DNA from: a virus
Direction: 5' to 3' (one strand)
DNA length: 64,000 nt
Virus record (IMG/VR): IMGVR_UViG_3300033148_006706
Coordinates: 75,905 to 139,904 of that record
The notes below the pieces were generated by a model, which had not been told where the DNA came from, ran no database searches, and saw nothing but the letters and a program-made list of their open reading frames with translations. Below, piece after piece: positions 19,130 through 28,649 of this stretch (its first letter is position 1; each line of letters starts with the position of its first letter). Position numbers and translations under genes: made by a program.

Positions 19130-19817
19130 AATTCTTAATAAACTCCTTTAATTTTTCAGCATCCCGTATTCTTTCCCATTCTTTCTCTCTATATAATGCT
19201 TTTACTTTATCTCGTTTTCTTCTCGCCCTTTGATCTCTATATGTGTCATCCAACTCTGACTTACCCACACTGAAATGTAAATGCTCTATATACAGATCAG
19301 GTATATATACAAGCCTATCTATTCTTTTTGCTAAATCAGTAAGCCAAGTATCGTTATAATCTGCACTAAAGTAGGGAGGTACAAAATATCCTACTGTTTC
19401 TATCCAATTTTTATGAATAAAGCCATGGGTTCCTAACTCCCCACTATCTACAATTCCATCTCTACCGTATACGAATAAAATTTTATCAGGATATTTTTCA
19501 AATTCGCTTTTAACAATTCTATCCCATTCTTTTGTTTTATAAACAAGATCATCTCCTGCATGATGATAAATAGGACCTGTTGCTTTTCTGTAGCATTCAT
19601 TCCACATATTACTAAGTACAATCCTTTCACCAATAATGAATTTTATATTATAATTTTTTTGCAATTCTAGTGCTTTATCTCTTGATCTTTTATCGTCATT
19701 ATCAATATAAAAAACAATTTCAACACTATTAGAATCCTCTGCTTTAGAAAATGCTGAATTGCATAATCTTTCCATTCCTGACGGTCTGTTTCTTGTTGGC
19801 ACTAGTAAACTAATCAA
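19113..19817 (-). CDS. Glycosyltransferase family 2
   Basis: SLLVPTRNRP, YIDNDD, AGDD (DxD-like), YNDTWL, IEHLH. Confidence 0.85.
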   Translation of the reverse strand: MISLLVPTRNRPSGMERLCNSAFSKAEDSNSVEIVFYIDNDDKRSRDKALELQKNYNIKFIIGERIVLSNMWNECYRKATGPIYHHAGDDLVYKTKEWDRIVKSEFEKYPDKILFVYGRDGIVDSGELGTHGFIHKNWIETVGYFVPPYFSADYNDTWLTDLAKRIDRLVYIPDLYIEHLHFSVGKSELDDTYRDQRARRKRDKVKALYREKEWERIRDAEKLKEFIKNFDSNI

Positions 19818-19821
19818 CTTT

Positions 19822-20397
19822 TTACTCTCCTATTCTAATTATTTCCACTCCGGGCTGATCTTTTATATATCTCCAGGGGTCAAGAATACAAGAGCCTTTT
19901 GGAAAAGAATATGTTCCAAATTCTTTATGTCTTGTTCCAATAAAATAGATAGCTGGCTCTTGTAATGGAGGGGGACTTTTATCAATATACGGATCATACA
20001 TTTGAGCATCTATATCTTTTTCCCTTAGTATATTCTTTAAAAGGATAGCGGGGCTACCAACTTCTAAATTAGTCTGTTCTTTAAACGCTTTTCCTAAAAT
20101 AATTACGGGCAAATCCAACTGCTCTTTCTTTTCTTTTACTAATTCTGCCAACCATTCAGTTTGTTTTTCTCTGCAAAGCATAATATTTTCAAACCAATCG
20201 TACGAAAGATTAAGTTTTCTAGAAAGCCATGAAAGAGCTATATTATCACGGGGATGACAATTATGCGAAACAATATTAGATTTTTTCTCTATCCAAAATA
20301 AATCATCATTATTCTGATGATTTGGAAATAACTCTAAATTATACACATCCCCTTCATAATATAATGTTTCAATTTTTTTAATATTCTTTTTTTTCAT
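19822..20397 (-). CDS. Split intein C-part (46 aa) fused to the C-terminal half of UDP-glucose/GDP-mannose dehydrogenase
   Basis: VYNLEL (block F) and SHN/C (block G), followed by CHPRD and the GKAFK NAD-binding domain; own AGGAG RBS. Confidence 0.9.
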   Translation of the reverse strand: MKKKNIKKIETLYYEGDVYNLELFPNHQNNDDLFWIEKKSNIVSHNCHPRDNIALSWLSRKLNLSYDWFENIMLCREKQTEWLAELVKEKKEQLDLPVIILGKAFKEQTNLEVGSPAILLKNILREKDIDAQMYDPYIDKSPPPLQEPAIYFIGTRHKEFGTYSFPKGSCILDPWRYIKDQPGVEIIRIGE

Positions 20398-20751
20398 ATT
20401 TTAACACTCCTATTAGCTAATCTTCTTTTAATTTCTATTATCATAATATAATTTATCCGTTTGTTTTACTTTATCTGCTCGAATAATTTCCATTTTACCA
20501 TTCCTAAATACAGGAATTAAATGATCCTCAGTACAAATAAATTCTTCATCCTGAACAGAGAATTTATACAATTTGCCTTTATATTTTCTTTTAGTTACGT
20601 CTTTTATTAATTTTTCTTCTTTTTCAGAACAATCGCTATTAATAGATTCTATAAAAAATTTTTTATTTTCTGATGAGTGGAAAATCTCATAGAAATCCCC
20701 TATAGTAAATATTTCATTATTAACTTTTATTTTTGAATCATATAAAACACA
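20260..20751 (-). mobile_element. Naturally split mini-intein (IntN 20431-20751, IntC 20260-20397)
   Basis: C1-VLYDSKI (block A), TEDH (block B), VYNL and terminal HN with Cys+1; no endonuclease. Confidence 0.9.
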
Positions 20752-21555
20752 TCCTCCACCATCTCCCATTCCGCCCCTCATATATTTATTTGATATAATT
20801 CTATCAGTTGCAAGTGAAAGAGCCCTAGTTACTTCATCTACATTTGTATTTGGAGTCTTATGACATATCTCCATAACGGTATTCATCATAACTATTTTTG
20901 TCGATATCGCAGTGTTATAAACCACTTTTATAAGCTCTGCATTTTCTATTGTTGTTTCAAATACAGGACGATCATGTAAAGTTTTATAAAAAAGTTTTAC
21001 TGTTTCTTTCGCTGCAAAACTATCAGTTCCTAATAATACAAACTCGGGGTTCATAAAATCGGGTATTGTGGTTCCCATAGCTATAAAGAAAGGATTATAA
21101 CATAGATCTATATAAGGAGACATAAACGGACGAATTTCTCTTTCAATAGTCCCTGGTAACACTGTTGAAATAATAACCACAATTTTATGTCTTTTTATTT
21201 TATTTAATTCCTCTGAAAGTTGTATTACTGATTCTTTTAAGTAACTATAGTCAAAATCTTTTCTTTCATCCGGTAATCTTGTAATTCCTTCATATTTTTC
21301 AGCATGAGGCGTTTGTACAGCAATAAAAATTATATCAGAACGCCCCGCTACATCCTTAATTGGTAATATCTTGATATTACTATTATCGAGTAGCTCTTGA
21401 GCCCCCTCTTCTCTATATGGAATTTTTTTATCTTTTATAATTTCTTTAACTTTCTCGGAAGGATCATATCCCACTACTGAATGGCGCCCAAATTTTTCTA
21501 TTGCTAAAGCGCAAGGTAGCCCCAACTTTCCAAGACCTAAAAATCCTATATTCAT
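20428..21555 (-). CDS. N-terminal half of UDP-glucose/GDP-mannose dehydrogenase fused to split intein N-part (107 aa)
   Basis: GLGKLG Rossmann motif, AVQTP, STVLPGT, YNP, AELIK, GMGDGGG/C then intein motifs. Confidence 0.9.
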   Translation of the reverse strand: MNIGFLGLGKLGLPCALAIEKFGRHSVVGYDPSEKVKEIIKDKKIPYREEGAQELLDNSNIKILPIKDVAGRSDIIFIAVQTPHAEKYEGITRLPDERKDFDYSYLKESVIQLSEELNKIKRHKIVVIISTVLPGTIEREIRPFMSPYIDLCYNPFFIAMGTTIPDFMNPEFVLLGTDSFAAKETVKLFYKTLHDRPVFETTIENAELIKVVYNTAISTKIVMMNTVMEICHKTPNTNVDEVTRALSLATDRIISNKYMRGGMGDGGGCVLYDSKIKVNNEIFTIGDFYEIFHSSENKKFFIESINSDCSEKEEKLIKDVTKRKYKGKLYKFSVQDEEFICTEDHLIPVFRNGKMEIIRADKVKQTDKLYYDNRN

Positions 21556-22553
21556 TTGAAAACTCCTTCGTATATTCTTAAATAATCATTCAATATTTTT
21601 TCATTATTCCAATGCTTCTCCATAAATTCTCTTGAATCCCGCTGAAGTTTCTTTAACAAACTTCTATTTTCATTTAACTCTGTAATTGTAGTAGCTAAAG
21701 AGTGCTTATCTGCCAGCACCCAGGGCAATTCATACAATTCGCACTTTAAGAACTCGGTAAGGTATTGAATCATCCAGTCTTTTAAGTTACACATAACTAC
21801 TTTCCCTTGTGATAGCCCCTCCAATGATGATAAATGATAGCTGCCAGTATAAATATCGTCAATATGAATATCACCTGAGGCTCGTCTTTTTAAACACTCA
21901 TCAAATCGTTCTCCGTAGATAATATCTTTTTCTATAATACCTTTACTTTCTAATTCATTTAATATAGCAGAAACCTCGCTATAACTTTTATAAGCCCATG
22001 TGGATTTCCTCTTTTTTTTAAGTTTTTCCAACGGCTCCTTATTAGATGGGCTATAAGTAACTTTTATTCTTTCATTATTAACTTCCTTGTATTGAAGCAA
22101 AGGGTCGCATATATCAACAACATTACGCACTGGATAAAAATCATCTTTAAGTAAAGACTTCAATCTTACCGCTTGATACTGTGCAATACAAGCTATTCTG
22201 TCTATTCTTACCCATTTCTTAATAACATTAAACATTTCATTAATTACTTTCTCAGGCTCACCGTGCATCTGGTACACAAACGGTTTATTAATATTGCTTA
22301 GCATTTGCCATCCCTTGCTATTTTTATGTAAAGGAGGCTGATTATGAATGTGTATAATATCTGCCCAGTTAAGATATTCTTTAAATTGTTTTAAATCTTC
22401 TTTACCTTTACCCCATACAACATCTGGTATTATTTTCATACTACTTAATCGAGATTGAATGCACTTTGATTCTATCCCATTTTTATTTAAAAAATTACTT
22501 AACCTAACCGGCGCTCCTGCTAATGGTGATCTACAAAGATGCAATATTTTCAT
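21552..22553 (-). CDS. GT-B fold glycosyltransferase (GT4-like)
   Basis: ADIIHIHN, HGE, SSLEGLSQGKVV, SREFMEKHW. Confidence 0.65.
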   Translation of the reverse strand: MKILHLCRSPLAGAPVRLSNFLNKNGIESKCIQSRLSSMKIIPDVVWGKGKEDLKQFKEYLNWADIIHIHNQPPLHKNSKGWQMLSNINKPFVYQMHGEPEKVINEMFNVIKKWVRIDRIACIAQYQAVRLKSLLKDDFYPVRNVVDICDPLLQYKEVNNERIKVTYSPSNKEPLEKLKKKRKSTWAYKSYSEVSAILNELESKGIIEKDIIYGERFDECLKRRASGDIHIDDIYTGSYHLSSLEGLSQGKVVMCNLKDWMIQYLTEFLKCELYELPWVLADKHSLATTITELNENRSLLKKLQRDSREFMEKHWNNEKILNDYLRIYEGVFK

Positions 22554-23310
22554 CTAGTAGAAACTCCTCATCGTTAAACAATTTAAAGACAACATCATTA
22601 TAATATTTGTCTTTCATTAAATGTAAGTTTTTCCAACTATTGAGATAATCCTTTCTTGAGAACGATAGTTTTCCAACTTTCTTTTTATGCTCGATACTCT
22701 TAGCGTATTGCGCACTCTCTTCAGCACTTTCAATATAACTCCCATCAAATCCAACATAATATATTTCTTTATATCCCATATACGCTGTAAGAAAATAAAA
22801 CGCTCCCACTACCGAACCTTGTGCCTGTACAATTATATTATCTTTATATTCGGTATTGAAGCTCCCCTTCCGGATATCATTATCATCAATATTATTTGAT
22901 TTAAAAAAATATATGTTCTTCAGATTCTTTATCTTTTCATAAAGTGACATAATTATTTCTATATCTAATGGGCTATCATTTCTTTTTTCCTTTTTCTCAA
23001 TATGAAATGAAAAGATAGCATGCGGTAGTAATACATATTGAGCTAAATGTAATTTATCTACATTTCTTCTAAGTCCTTGATAATGAAAATTAACAGCATA
23101 CTGAACACTCTTACTAGCTGTAAAGATAGATATAGCATCAGTAAGTGTACAAATATCATACTGCCTTTGCCCTTCCAGTTTCTTAATATTCAGCGTATCT
23201 ATAGAAGGGCCGGAGCCAATAAGTAAAGCCTTGTTATTTCGAGGCTTCCTCGGTACTTTTTCTAAAGTAGGCAGAAAAGGCTCTCTTAAGTCATCGACTG
23301 TTGTTATCAT
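22531..23310 (-). CDS. Maf/GT42-like nonulosonate transferase-like protein
   Basis: LLIGSGPS, GSVVGA, MGYKEIYYVGFDG. Confidence 0.65.
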   Translation of the reverse strand: MITTVDDLREPFLPTLEKVPRKPRNNKALLIGSGPSIDTLNIKKLEGQRQYDICTLTDAISIFTASKSVQYAVNFHYQGLRRNVDKLHLAQYVLLPHAIFSFHIEKKEKRNDSPLDIEIIMSLYEKIKNLKNIYFFKSNNIDDNDIRKGSFNTEYKDNIIVQAQGSVVGAFYFLTAYMGYKEIYYVGFDGSYIESAEESAQYAKSIEHKKKVGKLSFSRKDYLNSWKNLHLMKDKYYNDVVFKLFNDEEFLLDENIASL

Positions 23311-24047
23311 TTCTTCTTACCTGCTCTTCTTAATCGTGCCTCATAATTATAATAATCGGGGTGTTCTATGATTTTTTTTACAATATTATAAATAAAATCA
23401 TGAGTTTTTATCTTTCCTTTTTGTAGTAATTGCCACATATACTTAGCATTAGAATATTGATCATGTGGATCAACACGACCCCGATTTTTTATGTTTGCTT
23501 TATCACGAATTTTCTTAGGCAGATAGTCTGGAAAATATTCTCTATAATCGTTGGGAATAAATAAATCAGGTTTCATATAATAAAAGTCTATTCCAGTAAA
23601 CCAAAGTTCTTTTGGATTATATTGTAAAAAATGTTCCATGATAATAGGGCCGTACAGTACGCCTTTTATTTTTTTGCTAAGTTTTGCTATTGTATCAGCA
23701 AGCGTAAATGTAGGAATGGTTTTAGAGTATTTATCAATAAGATTCCTCTGATTTGTTTTCATTCCTAATAATTTCACCCCATATTTATCTCTCCATGTTT
23801 TTAAATACCCCGCCGGTTGCATTTCACGATTAAATTGTACATTCATACAAAGTATATCGCATCTCTTACCATAATTCTCCACATAAGCAACTTTATCTAA
23901 AAGAAAAATAGCGCCGTTTGTTCTTATTACGCAATCGAAACTGTCTATTTCTTTACCGAGATATTTCCCTTGTAATATCGGAGACGGGCCAACAAATATT
24001 ACTCGTTTCTCTTCTACCTGCTGCTGTAATAACTTTTCTACGTTCAA
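23307..24047 (-). CDS. GT29-like sialyltransferase
   Basis: VIFVGPSPIL...GKEIDSFDCVIRTN...YGKRCD (sialylmotif L-like); ELWFTGIDFY; distal His. Confidence 0.65.
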   Translation of the reverse strand: MNVEKLLQQQVEEKRVIFVGPSPILQGKYLGKEIDSFDCVIRTNGAIFLLDKVAYVENYGKRCDILCMNVQFNREMQPAGYLKTWRDKYGVKLLGMKTNQRNLIDKYSKTIPTFTLADTIAKLSKKIKGVLYGPIIMEHFLQYNPKELWFTGIDFYYMKPDLFIPNDYREYFPDYLPKKIRDKANIKNRGRVDPHDQYSNAKYMWQLLQKGKIKTHDFIYNIVKKIIEHPDYYNYEARLRRAGKKK

Positions 24048-24595
24048 TATTTCTTCCTTATAACACAGGATGTATCTTTAAATATTTCATCTGGAAATTT
24101 AAGTACTTCATTAAAAGCCTTTCTGACTCCTGGATGATGCTTACTATTACTATAATCATGTAGCGCCAGGAAGCCATTTATTTTTAATTTTGGCCACCAT
24201 AAGCCAATATCTTCCTTTACATTAAGAAAATTATGATTAGCATCGATATAAATAAACATTAAAGAGTTATTTTGAAACATTTTACAAGCTTCTTTACTTG
24301 TTGTTTTTATTTTATAAATATTAGAATACTTTTTACAAAGTTCATCAAATTGCTTTTCTACTATTTCCATAGGATATTTATATGAAGAAGCGTCATTTTT
24401 ATCATATCCGTTTTTCCAAGCATCAATCGCTATAACCTGATCAAAATTTTTTGCAAATATTTCTGTACTATCTCCTACGTAAGAGCCTATTTCTACAACT
24501 TTGGCAATAGTAGGATCTATTCGCTTTACATAAGCACATAAATCTTGAAGTCCCGATTTTGCATTTCTAGCTTTTCGTATACTAATTTTTTCCAT
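24044..24595 (-). CDS. Class I SAM-dependent methyltransferase (Methyltransf_24-like)
   Basis: VEIGSYVGDS, IDAW, IYIDANH, HDY; start revised to MEKISI. Confidence 0.85.
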   Translation of the reverse strand: MEKISIRKARNAKSGLQDLCAYVKRIDPTIAKVVEIGSYVGDSTEIFAKNFDQVIAIDAWKNGYDKNDASSYKYPMEIVEKQFDELCKKYSNIYKIKTTSKEACKMFQNNSLMFIYIDANHNFLNVKEDIGLWWPKLKINGFLALHDYSNSKHHPGVRKAFNEVLKFPDEIFKDTSCVIRKKY

Positions 24596-25374
24596 TATAT
24601 CTCCATACGATAATAATACATCCAAAGTTCTTCTAATTCATCATACCCTTTATTTAATTTATCCCTAGGGGATTTATCCCAAGGCTTTTGACTTACAAAG
24701 TGAAGTAGTCTTACTTTTTCGTTAGTTATTCTATACAATAAATCTCTATTTCTACTAAAGAAAATTTTATGTTTCTTACCTTTCCACATTCTCTTCTCAC
24801 AATTATATTCTTTCGGAAGAATGTGAATCATCTTTTTAAAGTATTTATTAATAGCTTTTTGATCCGGCATTGAAAATCCCCGCCTTGAAAACTGTAAAAT
24901 ATTTTTATACAGCTTAAAGTCTAGATAGGGTTTATTTACAACAATGACGCCAGTATTTATTCCGCTTCGTAGATTATCGCTTCCTGATCCATAAGCCTGC
25001 ACTCCCGCCAATCTTGCTCCACATCGAAAAAGTGGATTTAAATCTCCTAATGCAATAGTATCCATATCGATAAAAACAACTCTATCACAATCAGTATAAG
25101 AAAAAATATCAAGTTTGTAATACGTATTTTTTAAACAATCGTCTGTTATTGACATATTAATGTGTTTATAATTTTCAAATCTTGGTTTTACAAACTCTAC
25201 ATTATCATGTAATAAAGAAGCCATATAACCTTTATTTGAATTAGAAAGCCCCATATCAATAAATCGCCATTTATAATTTAATATTTTGGGACTATTTTTT
25301 ACCACCGATTTATAAAAAGCAATAAAGCCGGGCATAAACGCATTATCTATCATTGACAGTAGAATAATTTTCAC
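24595..25374 (-). CDS. Glycosyltransferase family 8
   Basis: FIDMD, INTGV, DQ..IN, YN, HFVSQKPW. Confidence 0.9.
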   Translation of the reverse strand: MKIILLSMIDNAFMPGFIAFYKSVVKNSPKILNYKWRFIDMGLSNSNKGYMASLLHDNVEFVKPRFENYKHINMSITDDCLKNTYYKLDIFSYTDCDRVVFIDMDTIALGDLNPLFRCGARLAGVQAYGSGSDNLRSGINTGVIVVNKPYLDFKLYKNILQFSRRGFSMPDQKAINKYFKKMIHILPKEYNCEKRMWKGKKHKIFFSRNRDLLYRITNEKVRLLHFVSQKPWDKSPRDKLNKGYDELEELWMYYYRMEI

Positions 25375-25376
25375 TC

Positions 25377-25628
25377 TTATATCTCTTCGTATGTCCTATT
25401 AAATATATCGATTTTACAGGGATAGAACTCTCCATTTACTCCTTGTATTACATAATTTCCTTTTTCACATTTCATGTCCCCCTCTAACGTTTTTATAACT
25501 AAGGCATTACTTGACTCCACAGATAAATGACAATGAGATTTACAAAGTTTTTTTATCTCATCCAAATTATTTCCATCCCATCTTATTGCTTTCACAATGA
25601 TTGGCTTCTTTCTGAATTCTTTCCACAC
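25377..25628 (-). CDS. Small conserved phage protein
   Basis: RKKPIIVKA..W.G.N...IKTLEG...GEFYPCK.DIF..TYE family pattern. Confidence 0.75.
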   Translation of the reverse strand: MWKEFRKKPIIVKAIRWDGNNLDEIKKLCKSHCHLSVESSNALVIKTLEGDMKCEKGNYVIQGVNGEFYPCKIDIFNRTYEEI

Positions 25629-25629
25629 T

Positions 25630-26484
25630 TTAATTACCTCCGATCCTTAAATTCTTTTTCTTCTCTTCTTCTCCTGGATATAATACTCTTGGCCCGTATC
25701 CTTTGGATAACCCCCTCTCAATATCTCTTACTCCTTTAACAAGCTCAAATAAACCATTAGGTTCAACTGAAGCTGCTTGATCACTACCCCACAGATTATG
25801 ATTCAACGTTATATGCTTTTCTATCCATGTAACTCCATACGCAAGCACTGCAAATGCATCTTTAATTCCGTAATAATGAGAGCTATAACCGATTTCTTTT
25901 CGAGGATACTTTTCTTTCAACCATTTTACATACTGTAAATATAAATCATCAATAGAAGTAGGATACACACTATTTGTATGCATAATAACATGAGGATCTA
26001 ATATATTAACAGCTTTTTCTATTTCCTCCTCAGTACTCATGCCCGTCGACATTATCCTATAATCAAATAAATCTCTACATAATTCAAGAAGTGCGTCGTT
26101 GGTAATAAGAGCAGATGGAATCTTTACAATATCCACAAATTTCTTCATGAAATAAGCGCTGTCTAAATCCCAAACCGATGCAAACCAGCCTATTCCACAA
26201 CTAAAACAATAATTATCAATTTCAGCATAATTGTCTTCATTAAATTCAATATCTTTTTTATATTGCAAATATGTAATAGGCTTTTGTCTCCAAGGTACAA
26301 TTTTTTCTTTATTTTTCTTATCTTCAGGAACGCAGATATCCGGATTTCTTTTCTGGAACTTTACATAATTACAATCTGCAGCACTAGCAATTGTAATAAG
26401 TTTTCTAGCACTTTTAATAAACTCTAACTTATCATTTCCAAAGAATGCATTTAAGCCAATCTCAGCTATTATCTTAACTTCCAT
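25630..26484 (-). CDS. neuB: N-acetylneuraminate (nonulosonate) synthase family protein, short form without SAF domain
   Basis: IIAEIGLN, VKFQKR, KIPS, STGMS, HTNSVYP, GYSSH, IEKHITL. Confidence 0.9.
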   Translation of the reverse strand: MEVKIIAEIGLNAFFGNDKLEFIKSARKLITIASAADCNYVKFQKRNPDICVPEDKKNKEKIVPWRQKPITYLQYKKDIEFNEDNYAEIDNYCFSCGIGWFASVWDLDSAYFMKKFVDIVKIPSALITNDALLELCRDLFDYRIMSTGMSTEEEIEKAVNILDPHVIMHTNSVYPTSIDDLYLQYVKWLKEKYPRKEIGYSSHYYGIKDAFAVLAYGVTWIEKHITLNHNLWGSDQAASVEPNGLFELVKGVRDIERGLSKGYGPRVLYPGEEEKKKNLRIGGN

Positions 26485-26544
26485 ATTATACTACTCCAAA
26501 GATAGAATAAAAAAATTTGAGTCTATTATATTAGTATTTCTCTT

Positions 26545-27339
26545 CTACTGGCTTAAAATTATTTCGCTTGTAGATGTGAGATAATCGATTGGATTAACAA
26601 GTTTCCCGTTTTTCCTAATTTCGTAATGAAGATGAATCCCATACGATTTTCCCGTATTTCCCATTAACCCAATTACTTGACCTCGTTTTACCTTTTGGCC
26701 TTCTCTTACATAAGTTCTACTCATGTGTGCATATAAAGTAGTATATCCGCCATTATGTTTAATCTTTACCATCTTTCCATATACAGGGTGCCAAATCCAA
26801 ACATCTGTAACTATTCCATCAGCGGTAGCTATTATCTTAGTCCTATCACTTGCAGTTATATCTATACCTTTATGAAAAAAGATCTCTTTTGTGAAAGGAT
26901 AAATCCTATTACCAAATCCCGATGTAATTCTAACCTCCGGACTATAACATACAGGAAACACATTGGGAATATTATGAGTATACTCTTTCCTTTTATCAAA
27001 GAAATTTTGAACATTATTTAAGAAGCTATCAAAGCTTCCTGTTCCATTTTTAATTGCTGTCACTAAATTTTCTATAGAGGTATTTTGTACAGTATTATCA
27101 ATACCGCCAATATTTATATATTGTTCCTTATTATAAAGAGAAACTACAATATCTTTAAGCGTTTCTCTATACTTAATTTGATTACTCTCCAAGTTGTTTA
27201 TTTTCTTTTCTTTTTTCTCAAGTTCCTGTTTATATGCGGTTTCTTCTTTTCTTAATTTATTTTGATACCAAATATTTAAATCGATAATAAAAAATATAAA
27301 AAAAAGAAAAAGAAATCTCCAAAATAATTTTTCATTCAT
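26545..27339 (-). CDS. Membrane-anchored M23 peptidase
   Basis: N-terminal TM, coiled coil, HKGID, YAH, GNTGKS..HLHYE. Confidence 0.9.
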   Translation of the reverse strand: MNEKLFWRFLFLFFIFFIIDLNIWYQNKLRKEETAYKQELEKKEKKINNLESNQIKYRETLKDIVVSLYNKEQYINIGGIDNTVQNTSIENLVTAIKNGTGSFDSFLNNVQNFFDKRKEYTHNIPNVFPVCYSPEVRITSGFGNRIYPFTKEIFFHKGIDITASDRTKIIATADGIVTDVWIWHPVYGKMVKIKHNGGYTTLYAHMSRTYVREGQKVKRGQVIGLMGNTGKSYGIHLHYEIRKNGKLVNPIDYLTSTSEIILSQ

Positions 27340-27352
27340 TTTAAAACCTCTC

Positions 27353-27796
27353 CTACAGGCGATTTAAAACTTTCACAACCTTTACAAAGTATCTGTTTCC
27401 TTGATGTACTTTGTAATTATTAGTAACTGCTTTAGGACCAATATTATAAGCCATAATGGCTTTTTCCCATGAATTAAAGTAAGTATATAGCCACTTAAGA
27501 TATTTTAAACCCACCTCTATATTATGATAAGGGTTCCAGGGATTAAATTTCTTTTCTCTATTCCAGAATTTCTTTTCAAAATAACTTATATAAACAGGAT
27601 TTAGTTGAAAGATACCGATATCCCCGGATACCCCTCTGATATTCCGCCAACCTGATTCTACTTCAATTATTGCAATTGCTATATCAGAGGGGATATCATA
27701 TTCTTTACATTTATCTATTGTAAAGTCTTTTAAAGGGGAACTAAAAGAATATAAATGAGTAAAAAAGTACAATAATATAACTACAAAATTCTTCAT
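27353..27796 (-). CDS. Lytic transglycosylase (SLT domain) with signal peptide
   Basis: VES, GIFQL, AYN.G motifs. Confidence 0.85.
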   Translation of the reverse strand: MKNFVVILLYFFTHLYSFSSPLKDFTIDKCKEYDIPSDIAIAIIEVESGWRNIRGVSGDIGIFQLNPVYISYFEKKFWNREKKFNPWNPYHNIEVGLKYLKWLYTYFNSWEKAIMAYNIGPKAVTNNYKVHQGNRYFVKVVKVLNRL

Positions 27797-27805
27797 TTTC
27801 CTATA

Positions 27806-28582
27806 TCACATATAAGCATGGTATGCTATCTTCTTATATAAATCCTCACTACATATTTCACAAAATCCAACATCTTTGATGAGGAACTTAGAAAGATCTC
27901 TAACAAATTTTTTGTCTTTGATACTCATATACCAGTTAACATAAGAAACAGGTTTTTCTTTTTTATTAGAGAATTCGTTTCGATATTTATCATATTTAGA
28001 AATTGTTGATTGAGATAATCTCATCTTTATAAAAGTTTCATACTTCTTATATTTCTTATTATTGTGAAAAAATTGCAATAATAGATTATTTACAATCTTT
28101 CTTTTATCGTATTCGATCTTTTTATATGTCGCTAGATGATTATCAATGTAATCTTCAAAATTTAAATTATTTTCCTCATCGATCACAGAATCTTTATTTA
28201 GACACGATAATCTTAACTTTCTATATATTCCCTGTTCATAATCTAATTTTACAAATGAATGGTTTTTCATCTCTGTTTTGAAAAACTTCTTAGCCTCATT
28301 CATTAACTTCATTTTAAAGATATTTGTTATATCAAAATTATCATCTATTTTATTAACATCAATATATTTAACAACTTCATTTAATATAAGATAAGCTTCC
28401 ATTTTAAAATCTTGGAAATCGTCATAATTTTTTGTCCATTTCAGTAATTTCCCGCTTACCTTATTAACTAAAGGTTGATACTTTTGCCATAGCTTTTCCA
28501 TATTATATTTGACATTCTTATTATTCTTAATTTCTTTTATTAATTGTTTATCGCTTTTAATTTCTTCTTTTATCTTTCTCAT
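27806..28582 (-). CDS. Sigma70-like transcription factor (region 2-like)
   Basis: LWQKYQPLVNKV...DFQDFKMEAYLILNEVVKYID pattern. Confidence 0.55.
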   Translation of the reverse strand: MRKIKEEIKSDKQLIKEIKNNKNVKYNMEKLWQKYQPLVNKVSGKLLKWTKNYDDFQDFKMEAYLILNEVVKYIDVNKIDDNFDITNIFKMKLMNEAKKFFKTEMKNHSFVKLDYEQGIYRKLRLSCLNKDSVIDEENNLNFEDYIDNHLATYKKIEYDKRKIVNNLLLQFFHNNKKYKKYETFIKMRLSQSTISKYDKYRNEFSNKKEKPVSYVNWYMSIKDKKFVRDLSKFLIKDVGFCEICSEDLYKKIAYHAYM

Positions 28583-28649
28583 TTTCTTCTCCTTAAAATT
28601 ATATTAGTCATAAGTTATAAGCTCCTAAAAAAATGATTTGCATAACTTT

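Noticed and set aside
20398-20430. Stop-codon readthrough or sequencing error joining a contiguous intein
   Set aside because: The in-frame gap contains three additional stops (TAA, TAG, TAA) and a well-placed RBS.
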